Made by a program: the position numbers and the translations under genes. The notes under the pieces were generated by a model. That model was not told the DNA's origin. It searched no databases and saw only the letters and a program-made list of their open reading frames with translations. This document shows positions 10,027 through 20,032 of a stretch of 64,000 bases of DNA, in pieces; the first letter of the stretch is position 1, and each line of letters starts with the position of its first letter. The DNA comes from an uncultured delta proteobacterium (lineage in GTDB: Bacteria; Myxococcota_A; Polyangia; Fen-1088): contig CAWCMR010000022.1 in assembly GCA_963796685.1 (NCBI GenBank), forward strand, positions 160,001 through 224,000, in the 5' to 3' direction.

Positions 10027-10578
10027 ATGGAATTCGATGAAGTCGTGAACAGGCGTCGGTCGCGACGATCCCTTGCACCGCTCGAAGTGAGTGACAGTCT
10101 CGTCAAGGATCTCGCTAACGTCGCAAGTCTGGCCCCATCCTGCTCGAACAAGCAGCCCTGGCGATTCGTGTTCGTCTTGGGCGTCCACGCGCGCAAGGTC
10201 CCTCTTGCCGGCGACGCAGACTTGGACGCCATCGCCGCGTCCACGCCGGGCATGACAGGTGCAGAGCTCGCCAACCTGGTCAACGAGGCGGCCCTGCTGG
10301 CGGCGCGGCGAGCGGAGGAACGCGTCTCCCAGCGCGATTTGACCGACGCTCTCGAGAAAGTCCAGCTCGGCGCTGCCCGCAACGTGGTCATGCCAGACGA
10401 AGAGCGCCGCCGCACCGCCTACCACGAGGCGGGTCACGCGCTGCTGGGTATGCTTCAGGCTGGGGCGGATCCTGTGCGCAAGGTATCGATCATTCCGCGC
10501 GGACGCTCCTTGGGCGTGACGCTCTCAACCCCGGAGCAAGATCGCTACGGCGCCGATACGAAATACCTGCGCGGGTAA
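10027..10578 (+). pseudogene. chimeric ORF: nitroreductase N-terminus fused to internal FtsH fragment
   Basis: RRSRR...APSCSNKQPWRF (nitroreductase), then TPGMTGAELANLVNEAAL...TAYHEAGH...KVSIIPRG (FtsH lid + M41 start). Confidence 0.8.
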
Positions 10579-10684
10579 CGGGCTCGAACGTTTTCGTACC
10601 TTGCGAGCAACCTGCCGCCGATCGTGGCGTTCACCGACGCGCAGTGCTCATGAGCCAAGTGCTATAGTGCCATCCTTGCTACAG

Positions 10685-11911
10685 GTGAATTGCATACTCG
10701 CCCGTCGACGCGCTCAGCGCCACGGCGTGATTATCCTCTGGCTTCTCCTAGCTGGAGGCTGCGTGAACCTGACACCACCTTGGACCAGCGACAGGGATGC
10801 GCACGCCCCGGGAGGACAGACTGTCGGTGATGGAAGTGCGGGGCCCGCCGCTGGCGAAACCGGTGGTGCCAGCGGCGCTGATACTGCGGGCACACCTGAT
10901 GCGGGGAGCGGCGCACCGACGACGGATGTTTGGTCGTCCGGCGGCGCCAGCGATGGTGAGGCTGCTGGCGCGGGCGGTGTGGGGGGCAGCGCGCAGAGCG
11001 ACGTCCCGGCGGCCGACGGTTCTGTCGGGGCCACCGCCACGGGCGGTAGTTCGGCCGGCGGCGGCTTGGACAGCACGGTAGCTACCGGAGGCAGCACGAC
11101 GTCGTCGGACGCACAGTCCCCCACCGATCAGGCGCTGAAGAACGACACGGCCAATGTCTCCGAGGTTGTTCCGCTGCGCGATGCCGCCGTCGATGCGCCG
11201 GCAGGCACCGACTTGTCCATCGATTCGACGACGATGGTTCCGACGCAAGGACTGATCGCCTACTACCCGTGTGAGTTGGCCCACGGCGCGTCCCTGCCAG
11301 ATATGTCGGGCAAAGGCAACGACGCCGTGTTGACCGGCGCCTTCAGCTTCGCCACGGGCCAAGTTGGCAAGGCGTTGGTTCTGACCGCTGTCGGCGACGG
11401 TGGGTCGTCCGGAGGCTACGCCACCTTGCCCCCCGGAATTCTCCTTGGCGCAACCGAGATGACCATCGCCGCTTGGTTTACGGTCACCAGTACGCTCAGC
11501 GGCCAGCGCGTCTTCGACTTCGGCACGAGCAGTACGACTTCCTCCATGTACTTCACGACGCAAAACTCCGCCGGCGTGCCTCAGTTCACCATTCGCTTGG
11601 TTCCCGACGGCGGCACGGAAATCAGGCAAAACGTTACCTCGAAGGGATCCTCGCTTTCGGTGAATGCTTGGCATCACGTGGCCGTCGTCTTGGACGCGAC
11701 TGGCGGCCACTTGTACCTTGACGGCGTTGCGATCGGCAGCAACACCGGCGTGACATTGCGGCCCGCGGATCTCGGGGCCAAGCCCAACGATTGGATCGGC
11801 CGTTCAGAGTTCGTGACCGATCCGTACTTCGACGGCATGATCGATGAGCTCCGCGTCTACAATCGTGGGCTGACGGCCAGCGAGATCGCCGAGCTCTTCA
11901 CGGCGCGGTAG
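10685..11911 (+). CDS. LamG/concanavalin-like domain lipoprotein with Gly/Ser/Thr-rich linker
   Basis: LLLAGGC lipobox; MTIAAW, WHHVAVV, LYLDG, FDGMIDELRVYNRGL. Confidence 0.85.
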   Translation: MNCILARRRAQRHGVIILWLLLAGGCVNLTPPWTSDRDAHAPGGQTVGDGSAGPAAGETGGASGADTAGTPDAGSGAPTTDVWSSGGASDGEAAGAGGVGGSAQSDVPAADGSVGATATGGSSAGGGLDSTVATGGSTTSSDAQSPTDQALKNDTANVSEVVPLRDAAVDAPAGTDLSIDSTTMVPTQGLIAYYPCELAHGASLPDMSGKGNDAVLTGAFSFATGQVGKALVLTAVGDGGSSGGYATLPPGILLGATEMTIAAWFTVTSTLSGQRVFDFGTSSTTSSMYFTTQNSAGVPQFTIRLVPDGGTEIRQNVTSKGSSLSVNAWHHVAVVLDATGGHLYLDGVAIGSNTGVTLRPADLGAKPNDWIGRSEFVTDPYFDGMIDELRVYNRGLTASEIAELFTAR

Positions 11912-12288
11912 GAGAGTCGGACAAGAAAGCGATGACAGATGGAATGCCTTGCTGGGCCTTCGTCCCTGGCGAGGCGTGCCCCACCGCCACATCGCGATCT
12001 TCTTTCCCGCACTCCGCCGTAGGCCGCTATCATGACGGCGGGAGCACCAGGACCTGCTTCGCATTTCTTCGATACCCTCACCCGTCGGCCGGCTCCTGCT
12101 GCCCGTGAGCGACGTGTGGTGTCATTTGACGACTTGTCGCCGAAGATCAGGGGTGTTCCATAAAGACCCATGATTTCCAGTGGTTGGGTATTTGATGATC
12201 AGAACCTCATCACCCCATCCCTGCCGCTGCCTTCCGCTGGGTGCGGGGTGTCCTCAAAAGGTAGAGACTTCCCGGGCCCCGGACTAAG

Positions 12289-12930
12289 ATGGCTCCTGCG
12301 TTCTGGGCGAGGGAAGGCATTGGCGCGCTGGTCGGACCACCGGGTTGTGGCAAGACCATGTCCGCGTCCGCCATCGCCAGCGAGTGCGGCTTGCCGCTCA
12401 TGTTCGTGCAGCTGCACACCCTCATCACGAAGTTCCTGGGCGAGACGGCGGCCAAGCTCCACCTGGTCTTCGAAGCCATGGCGCAGACGCGCGCGGTGTA
12501 TCTCTTCGACGAGTTCGACGCGCTCGGCGCGGAGCGGGCCTCGCGCAACGACGTGGGCGAGATCCGCCGCGTGCTCAACTCGTGCCTGGAGTTCCTCGAA
12601 CGCGACGATTCCGAGAGCATCATCATCGCCGCCACCAACTTCGTCGGCATGCTCGACGACGCGCTTTTCCGCCGCTTCGACGACATCATCGAGTACGTCC
12701 GCCCGACCCGGACCATGGCCCGCGCCCTGGTCGAAAACCGCTTGAGCCACTTCGACCTCGGCAGCATCAACTGGAAGAAGCTCTCCCCCGCCTTCGGAAT
12801 GCTCAGCCTCGCCGTGATCGTTCGCGCGCGCGAAGGGGCCGCGCGCGAGACGGTTCTCGGTGGCCGGGTGGACGTCGAGACGACGGCATTGCGGCGCTGT
12901 TTGGTTAGGCGTGGGCGCATAACGAAATGG
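12289..12930 (+). pseudogene. N-truncated AAA ATPase (resembles the type normally paired with an S8 peptidase, IetA-like)
   Basis: GPPGCGKT, LITKFLGETAAKL, LFDEFDA, NDVGEIRRVLNS, ALFRRFDD; N-terminal domain absent. Confidence 0.7.
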
Positions 12931-12931
12931 C

Positions 12932-13540
12932 AAGAACGTCTCGAAGCTCAGTCCACAAGAGCTACGCCATGCCCGACTCGATGGTGAGTTCATCACTACG
13001 GCTGGCAACCTGGCATCGTGGATCGCGGAAGAACTGCCCCCCAACTTCCCTAGGATCGCAGCCCAGTCGCGAAGGCAGATGAAGGATGTGGAGTTGGTTG
13101 CCACGCTCCTCCTACTCCTCGAAGAGGGACCAGGAAGCTACTCGCAAGAGGAACTCGACAACGCATTTGTAGCTCGGGACCAGGCCTGGGACCAAAAGAC
13201 AAAGATCGAAGGACAGTTTCGAAATGTTGCAGGCGCCATTAAGGCACTGACAACTATCTTCCCACAAGGATCTGACATCATTGCCAGCCGCCTGCACAAT
13301 CAAGCCGACTTCTACTCGCTCTTCGGCGCGATTGCATCAACCCAAAATCTTCCGGACACACCCCAATTGGCGATGCGGCTACTTGCGTTCCTTCAGCGCG
13401 TAGAGGATGAATCGGCGCGCAAGGCGGACCTCCGCCTCGCCGCCTACTACGATGCCGCTCGATCAGCACCAAGCGACAAAGGGCCTCGTGAGACGCAAAT
13501 CAAGTACATGAAGGAGATAATTCTCGGTTCTCACCCATGA
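12932..13540 (+). pseudogene. C-terminal fragment of a DUF262 (ParB-like/GmrS-type) protein
   Basis: Frame open upstream of ORF 13079: KNVSKLSPQELRHARLDG, like the DUF262 end motif; NQADFYSLF; lower GC. Confidence 0.55.
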
Positions 13541-14360
13541 TCGTTCCAGGGGCCATCCAGAGATCATTCGACTACCGGCCGATTTGGAAGCTGGGCCGAG
13601 CTGGACGATCTGTATGCCTGTGCGATTATCGTTCCGACTGTGGGCGACGAAGACGGTGTTCTCCCCTTTCTTCAGGATCGATTCTACCAGGCTGACCTTC
13701 GCAAGAGAGGGTCAACGTCGAAGGACCCTACGTCATTCAGATTCGACACTACGAGATTCATAGGCCGGCTCAGGGCACCGATTGGTGCTGATGATCGTCC
13801 TGCCATGTTCCACCTCACCTTCGAGATTCAAGTCAGGACTGCCTTCGAACACGCGTGGATGGCCACCACTCATGCACTCGCCTACAAGCCGGACAGAGTT
13901 GACTGGCGCGACCTTCGTCTGGCCGCACGGCTCAAAGCGGCGGTCGAGCAGTTGGACGATCTCGTCGCTGGATTCCAAGAAACGGCCGGCAGGATATCGG
14001 AACAGAAATGGCCCGAGATCGCAGCGCAGAGAAGTGTTGCGGAGTTCTTCCTGGAGAAAGTCAAGAACGGTCTGATTCCGCCCGAGATGGCGCCAGCAAG
14101 CTGGTTCAGATTTTCGGGCAACCTAGTAACCATTGTCCGGAAGACGGCCAAGGGCGCGAAGTTTGGCGAGATCGAAGCCAAGACTGCCCCGCAGTTTGAC
14201 ACTACTCCAGTCCTGCCTCGGTATCATGGCGGAGATCGGGCTGCTGACCGGCCCGATCAGAGAGTACACGCCTCTACTCACCGATGAACTCCTGGATCTT
14301 TTTCCGAAAGCGCGGGTGCTGGCCCCGGGCTTTGATCCCGAAGCCGGTACTCCTACATAG
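13537..14360 (+). pseudogene. RelA/SpoT-like nucleotidyltransferase-fold protein, disrupted
   Basis: ATGA-coupled start MIVPGAIQ; shifted frame TGRFGSWAELDDLYACAIIVP; FEIQVRTAFEHAW..TH..AYK; second shift near 14190. Confidence 0.55.
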
Positions 14361-14683
14361 CGTCTGCCTTCCTCACCTTCAGGCGCCGACTATCCTATGG
14401 CAACCAAGCATAGCTGGAATCCGAGTCTCCGCCATCATCCACATCGCTGAGGTAGACGCGGGTCCGCGAGAAACGGGGAGGCGGCTTCGGCGAAGTTGCG
14501 TATCAGACATGGTCGGCATTCCGCCGTTCGTCACCCTCGAGCAGATCGAGTCTTCCTCGTGAAATCAGAAGGTTGTGGAGTCATGCGCGGCGGGGACCGA
14601 GCTCACCCACACTCGGCTTGTGGGACTTTGCTCGTGGCCACGAAATCGATCGAGAATTCACGAATAATCTCGCCAATTTACTG

Positions 14684-14757
14684 CGCGCCCAGCAGGAATT
14701 GAACCTGCAACCCCCGGCTTAGAAGGCCGGTGCTCTATCCAATTGAGCTATGGGCGC
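14684..14757 (-). tRNA. tRNA-Arg (anticodon TCT)
   Basis: GCGCCCATAGCTCAATTGGATAGAGCACCGGCCTTCTAAGCCGGGGGTTGCAGGTTCAATTCCTGCTGGGCGCG; cloverleaf pairs; CCA not encoded. Confidence 0.97.
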
Positions 14758-14941
14758 AAACGTTGTGGTGAAGGCTCAAGGGATACCACGTCCCCCTCGG
14801 GTCGGGGAAGGTCCAGCGTGACAGCCCCGAGGGACTTCTCCGCGACCAGGTCGGCGCGAAGTTGATGTGGCACTCATCGAGGCTTTTCGAGCGTGACGCG
14901 GAGGCATCGTTCACTACACGAAAACCTGGTACACTTCTCCC

Positions 14942-15274
14942 GTGACCCTGTCCATCGAGATACCAGAGGCGACCCTTCGGGCGCTGGGGCCTTCGCCAGT
15001 CGAGGCAGAGGGCAAGGTGCGTCTTGCGGCAGCCATGAAGCTGCACGAGTTGGGGCACTTGTCAGCCGGCGCCGCGGCTGACCTGGCGGGTATCTCCAAG
15101 GTCGCGTTTCTGCACAAGCTGGCGGATTTCGGCGTCGATGCTTTCCGCATGACGCCAGAGGAATTCGACCAAGACCTGGACACACTGCGCTGGTCATTGC
15201 CTGCCACGCGAGGGCACGGGGGCAAACCTGGCGCGTTTACACCGAATCGCCCCCCGAAACGATGGCTCGCCTAG
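14942..15274 (+). CDS. UPF0175 family (putative antitoxin) protein, no partner toxin
   Basis: LAAAMKLHELGHLSAGAAADLAGISKVAFL. Confidence 0.75.
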   Translation: MTLSIEIPEATLRALGPSPVEAEGKVRLAAAMKLHELGHLSAGAAADLAGISKVAFLHKLADFGVDAFRMTPEEFDQDLDTLRWSLPATRGHGGKPGAFTPNRPPKRWLA

Positions 15275-15519
15275 AGTTTGATGGTTCCGCCGGGATCGTC
15301 GGATCCCATGCGTTGGCGGCGAGCGGCGGTATCGTCTGGCGGTGGCGGGGTTCGGGCGACCGAGAGGATCAGCCACTCGCCTTCGCGCGCATCCGCGGGC
15401 AGCAGTGCGCGCGGGACGACGAAGCTGCGTTGGCCGAACAGCAGGGTCGCGCTGTCGTCTTCGATTTCGTCGATGAACAGGGTCGTTGTCTTCTTCGCTT
15501 GCTCGATGTTCTCGGTCAT
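15271..15519 (-). CDS. DUF3006-like small protein
   Basis: IDEIEDDSATL...VPRALLPADAREGEWL; coupled to ComEC-like gene. Confidence 0.75.
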   Translation of the reverse strand: MTENIEQAKKTTTLFIDEIEDDSATLLFGQRSFVVPRALLPADAREGEWLILSVARTPPPPDDTAARRQRMGSDDPGGTIKL

Positions 15520-16415
15520 GGCGTGTTGAAGGCCTCCGTGCGCGCGCGGCTGCGCAGGGTGAGTGTTTCGCCGTCCATCTCGAGGGCAATCGCCCCGTCC
15601 AGATCGGTACGGAGGACGTGCGCCCCGACCTGTGCGAGGCGCGCCAGGGTTTCGGGATGGGGATGTTTGGCATCGCCCGCTTCGGTGCTGATGACCGCCG
15701 CCAGCGGCCTGACTGCGGTCAAGAATTCGAGCGTCGATGCGTGCCGGCTGCCGTGGTGCCCGACCTTCAGGACCGTGGCGCGCAGCTTTGCTCTGCTGCC
15801 GATCAGCCATCGCTCGGCCAGCTCTTCGGCATCCGCCGCGAAGAGCACGCTGAGCTTGCCATAGTCGAGGCGGCTGACCACGCTGTTGGCGTTCACATCC
15901 GAGTCCGCACCCCGCAGGACGGGAGAGGGCGGGCCGAGGAGGAGCAGTCGGGCGCCGTCGCCAAGCTCGATGATTCGTCCGCGCTCCGCCTGTCGAACCG
16001 GCACGTTTCGGCTTTCGAGCGCACCCAGCAGCTTGGCGTACATCCCGCTCTCGTGGGGATAGGGCGCGTCCAGATACAGGCGTGCGCCACACGACTCGAT
16101 GACCTGCACCAGCCCGCCCAGATGGTCGGCATGGCGATGGGTGAGCAGAATCAGGTCGAGCGGGCACGCGTTCTTGCTGCGCAGAAACGACACGACCCCT
16201 GGGCCGGCTTCCGCCAGGCCGCCGTCGATCAGCACGGTCTTGCCCGTGGGCGAGGTGATGAGGGTCGAGTCGCCGTGCCCCACGTCCAGAAAATCGACGT
16301 GTAGCTTGCCCTTCCGAGCAAGCGGGGCGGTGGTCGCAGCGCAGCCCAGCCCCACGCCAAGGCAGGCGAGGACGGCAAGCCTCGAGAGCACATGGCACCG
16401 GTTGCGCGTCGACAT
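15516..16415 (-). CDS. ComEC/Rec2-like MBL-fold metallohydrolase (lipoprotein)
   Basis: FLDVGHGD, LIDGG, THRHADHLGG, LKVGHHGS, RTDLDG. Confidence 0.9.
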   Translation of the reverse strand: MSTRNRCHVLSRLAVLACLGVGLGCAATTAPLARKGKLHVDFLDVGHGDSTLITSPTGKTVLIDGGLAEAGPGVVSFLRSKNACPLDLILLTHRHADHLGGLVQVIESCGARLYLDAPYPHESGMYAKLLGALESRNVPVRQAERGRIIELGDGARLLLLGPPSPVLRGADSDVNANSVVSRLDYGKLSVLFAADAEELAERWLIGSRAKLRATVLKVGHHGSRHASTLEFLTAVRPLAAVISTEAGDAKHPHPETLARLAQVGAHVLRTDLDGAIALEMDGETLTLRSRARTEAFNTP

Positions 16416-16622
16416 GGTCAGAGGGTAGGGCGAGAGCTACCGGACAGGCAAGAAAGAGGCAGAGGAACATGCCGTCTTATCGGCGGCCGCGCGCCGAAGT
16501 TGCCCCCTGGCCTCCACCCAACCAAGCTGTGGCATGCTGACGTGGCGCACCGTGCACCGAGCATCCACATTTTTCTCTTTCTGCTCAACAACGCCGCCAC
16601 AGTGGTGTTCTCGAGATGAATC

Positions 16623-17240
16623 ATGAGCGAAGCCCGCCCCAACGTCGTTCCCCTGCGTAGCCTTGCCTCGGGCGTCGCGCTCGACCAGGGGGACGATGAG
16701 CAGTTGATGGCGTTGGCCGCGGGTGGCGCGAAGGTCGCTTTCGCCGTGCTGGTCGAACGCTACCTGCCCAAGGTCACGAAGTACTGCGCCCGCTTCGTCG
16801 GCCAGCTCGCGGCGGCCGAGGAGCTGGCCCAGGAGATCTTCCTCGAGGTCTGGCTGCGGCGCACGCGCTACCGGTCGCAGGGCAAGTTCGTGGTCTTTCT
16901 GTTCACCTTGGCCAGGCATCGCTGCCTCAATCGCCTGCGCGACGACCGCCGCCGCCATCGCCGCGATCTCGATGTCGGCAGCGACGGCCTGGTTGCGGGA
17001 AGCTGCTCGCCCGACCAACTCGACGTGCTTCTGGAGCGCGAGCGCCAGCGCCGGGTGCAGGCGGCGCTGCTCGGGCTCTCGACCAAGCTGCGCGAGGCGG
17101 TCCTGCTGCGCTTCGACCAGGGGCTCGACTATCCGGATGTCGCGCGCATCCTGGGTTGCTCGCAATCGACGACCCGCTCGCGCGTTCGATTGGCCATGCT
17201 GCGGTTGCGCGACGAGCTGGCGGGAGGCTCTTTGCCATGA
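16623..17240 (+). CDS. ECF RNA polymerase sigma factor
   Basis: AEELAQEIFLEVW (region 2); LREAVLLRF...DVARILG (region 4). Confidence 0.9.
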   Translation: MSEARPNVVPLRSLASGVALDQGDDEQLMALAAGGAKVAFAVLVERYLPKVTKYCARFVGQLAAAEELAQEIFLEVWLRRTRYRSQGKFVVFLFTLARHRCLNRLRDDRRRHRRDLDVGSDGLVAGSCSPDQLDVLLERERQRRVQAALLGLSTKLREAVLLRFDQGLDYPDVARILGCSQSTTRSRVRLAMLRLRDELAGGSLP

Positions 17241-18064
17241 ACATCCCCTGTCCCGGCAGTCAGGAATGGTTGAGCCTCGTCGACGGCGAGGCCACGGAAA
17301 ACCGCGCCGCCGAGCTGCGCGTCCATGCCTCCGGCTGTTCGCGCTGCGCGCGGGAGCTCGAAACGCAGCTCCAGTTGGTGCGCGACCTCGCGGCGCCGGT
17401 GCCGGTGTCGGCGGACGCGGTTCAAACGGTCATGCGTAGCATCGAGCATGCCGAGCGGCCGGTGCGCAGATTCGGCTGGCGGGGTTGGGCGTTGGCCGGC
17501 GGCGCGCTCGCGGCGGTCACCGTGGCGGCGCTCGCGCTCCTGCCGTCGACCGGCGGCGAGCGCGGGGTCTTCACCGCCCGCGGTCACCGCGTGCCCTGGG
17601 CGCGCAAGGTGGGTGTCGAGGTCTGGGCCATCGACCATTCGCCGCGCAAGCTGGAGGCCGGCGCGGCGCTTTCGCCCGCCACGGGCATCGTGGCGAGCTA
17701 CCACAACGTCGACGCCGACATCGCCTACCTGATGGTTTTCGCCATCGATGCCCGCGGCGAGCTCCACTGGGCCTATCCCGGCTTCGAGGACGCCAAGACC
17801 GATCCCGTGGCGGTTCGCCTGGAGCCCCTGCAGGTGAACAAGGTGCTTCCCGATTCCGTGATGCTCGACGATCTGGCTGCCGGGCCGCTGGAGCTGGTCA
17901 CCTTGATCGCACGCGAGCCGTTGCGCGTCTCTCGCATCGAATCCCTGCCGGTTTCCGCCAGAAGTGCGGCCAGTCTGCGCACCCGCTTTTCCACCGCGCG
18001 CATCGAGAGCCTGTCCCTGCGCGTGGTGCCTGCCCCTGCTTTGCCCAGCAAGGAGAAGCCGTGA
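17237..18064 (+). CDS. zinc-finger (ZAS) anti-sigma factor with TM and periplasmic domain
   Basis: HASGCSRC (HxxxCxxC), one TM, FTARG after TM; ATGA overlap with sigma gene. Confidence 0.8.
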   Translation: MNIPCPGSQEWLSLVDGEATENRAAELRVHASGCSRCARELETQLQLVRDLAAPVPVSADAVQTVMRSIEHAERPVRRFGWRGWALAGGALAAVTVAALALLPSTGGERGVFTARGHRVPWARKVGVEVWAIDHSPRKLEAGAALSPATGIVASYHNVDADIAYLMVFAIDARGELHWAYPGFEDAKTDPVAVRLEPLQVNKVLPDSVMLDDLAAGPLELVTLIAREPLRVSRIESLPVSARSAASLRTRFSTARIESLSLRVVPAPALPSKEKP

Positions 18065-19962
18065 AAGCGATCGCCTTTCTGCCCGTCTTGCTTTTGTCCG
18101 GCCCGGCTCTGGCGGTTTCCCCGGAGCAGCCTTTCACGACCCTGGTGCTGATCGTGGCCAGCAACCGCGGCCCGGCGCTCGACCGGCCACCCTTGCAGTA
18201 CGCGGACGACGACGGAGCCAAGTACCATGAGGTCTTCGCTTCCCTGGCCGGCGAGGCCAACACCACGCTCTTGACCGAGCTCGACGCCGACAGCGCACGC
18301 TTGTTTCCCCGCTTGGCGGCCTCTGTCGCGACCCCCACGCGCGCCCACGTCGATGCGGTGGTCGAACGCTTTACGCGCCAGGCGCATGAGGCGCACCAGG
18401 CCGGACGGCACGTCGGTTTCTACTTCGTGTTCGCCGGTCACGGCGACGTGGACGAAGGACGGGGTTTCTTGGAGCTCGCCGACGGCGCGTTTACCGCCGA
18501 CGATCTCGACGCGCTCTTGCGCCGCATCGGCGCCGACGAGTCGCACGTCATCCTCGACAGCTGCAACTCCTTCTTCGTGGTCAATCCGCGCAAGCCGGGC
18601 GGCCGGCGCTTCGCCACGCCTCGCGACGCTGCCGAGAAGCTGGCGCACCGGTTACCCAATGTCGGCGTGTTTCTGTCGACCAGCGCGGAGGCCGAGGTCT
18701 TCGAGTGGTCCGAGCTCCAGTCGGGCGTGTTCAGCCATGCCGTGCGCTCGGGCCTGATGGGCGCCGCCGATGCCAACCGCGACGGCCGTGTCAGCTACGA
18801 GGAGCTGGCCGCCTTCGTCGCCACCGCGGCGGCCGAAATCAAGAATCCCCTCTACCGCCCCAAGGTCTTCGCGCGCGGCCCGAACGGCGACGACGAGCGC
18901 ACGCTCTTCGACCTGGCGCGGACCCATACCCTGACCTTGACGGTCGACGAAGGTGCCGACACGCGCCTGGCGGTGCGCGACCGCGACGGCTTGCGCTGGC
19001 TCGATGCCCACAAGGAGGCGGGGCAGGTGCTTGACCTGCACCTTCCCTGGGCGTTCGCCGGCCATATGGAAGTGGATCGGTTGAGCGTCGATGGCCCCGT
19101 CGCCGGCTCGGTCCTGGCCCGCTACGAGGTGCCCGGAGACTCGGACAAGCCGGTGGTACTGGCGCAGCTCGCGGCCGAAACCCCGGAGAGCGGCCCGCGC
19201 GGCGGGCAGGAGCTCTTTCGCGGGCTCTTCGTTCGGCCCTTCGGCCCGCGCGCCCTGGCCGCCTATCGCGAAGAGCAGGCGCGCGCGCCCGAGCCGGTCT
19301 TCGGCATCTCGCGCGAAGACGCCCAGCGCATGGGCCTGCTGCTCGAACAGCTCGAGGCCATCGAGCACCAGCAGCGCCTGAGCTTGGCCACCATCAATTT
19401 CACCATGGGCGCGGTCTATGGAACCTATTTCGGGCTTGCGGCGCGCGAGCGCGGCCTGGCCGGGGACGAAAAGGCCGGCTTTCTCGCGGGCGGCATCATT
19501 CTGACCTCCATAAACATGGGAATGGGGTTGTATCGGCTGCTGCACGTCCCCGAGCGCGAGCGCGTCTACGAGCGCTTCCGCGCGGACATGTCCCGGCCCG
19601 ACGCCGACCAGGCGCGCGTGGCCGCCGCCATCGAGACACGGCTGCAGCAGATCCAGGACGAGGAACGACACCGGCGCAAGCTGAAGCTGGTGGCGGGATA
19701 CGTCGCCACCGGACTCTGCGTCGGACTGGCCGCGCTGAACGAGACCAATTCGCAGTCGCAGGACTCGCGCATTCTCGAGCGTGGGTTCATTCTCGCCGTG
19801 ACCGGGACGCTGCTGACCGTGACCTTGCACGAGCAGTTCTCGACCGGCGCCACCGACAAGCTCATCGAGCTGTGGCGCAAGGATCCGCGCCACCAGCCGC
19901 TCGATTTGTCCCTCGCGCCGGTGGCGGGCGGCGGGATGTTCGCGCTTTCAGGGACGTTCTAG
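18061..19962 (+). CDS. exported caspase-like (peptidase C14) protein
   Basis: signal peptide; LQYADDD, FAGHGD (His), ILDSCNS (Cys), GVFSHAVRSGLMGAADANRDG; hydrophobic C-terminal helices. Confidence 0.85.
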   Translation: MKAIAFLPVLLLSGPALAVSPEQPFTTLVLIVASNRGPALDRPPLQYADDDGAKYHEVFASLAGEANTTLLTELDADSARLFPRLAASVATPTRAHVDAVVERFTRQAHEAHQAGRHVGFYFVFAGHGDVDEGRGFLELADGAFTADDLDALLRRIGADESHVILDSCNSFFVVNPRKPGGRRFATPRDAAEKLAHRLPNVGVFLSTSAEAEVFEWSELQSGVFSHAVRSGLMGAADANRDGRVSYEELAAFVATAAAEIKNPLYRPKVFARGPNGDDERTLFDLARTHTLTLTVDEGADTRLAVRDRDGLRWLDAHKEAGQVLDLHLPWAFAGHMEVDRLSVDGPVAGSVLARYEVPGDSDKPVVLAQLAAETPESGPRGGQELFRGLFVRPFGPRALAAYREEQARAPEPVFGISREDAQRMGLLLEQLEAIEHQQRLSLATINFTMGAVYGTYFGLAARERGLAGDEKAGFLAGGIILTSINMGMGLYRLLHVPERERVYERFRADMSRPDADQARVAAAIETRLQQIQDEERHRRKLKLVAGYVATGLCVGLAALNETNSQSQDSRILERGFILAVTGTLLTVTLHEQFSTGATDKLIELWRKDPRHQPLDLSLAPVAGGGMFALSGTF

Positions 19963-20032
19963 CGACCGACTCGAGGGCCGCCAGCGCCCTGGAACTGGAT
20001 TCGCCCAGGCATGTGCCCTATGTTTCGGGCAC

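Noticed and set aside
12140-12290. AT-richer patch as a possible IS end or att site matching the tRNA 3' end
   Set aside because: No partner inverted repeat, no duplicate of the tRNA 3' sequence found by eye, and no integrase or transposase
17485-18060. N-terminal extension of the 825-aa caspase ORF
   Set aside because: Overlaps the anti-sigma gene; GTG 18061 has an AAGGAG RBS and gives a signal peptide
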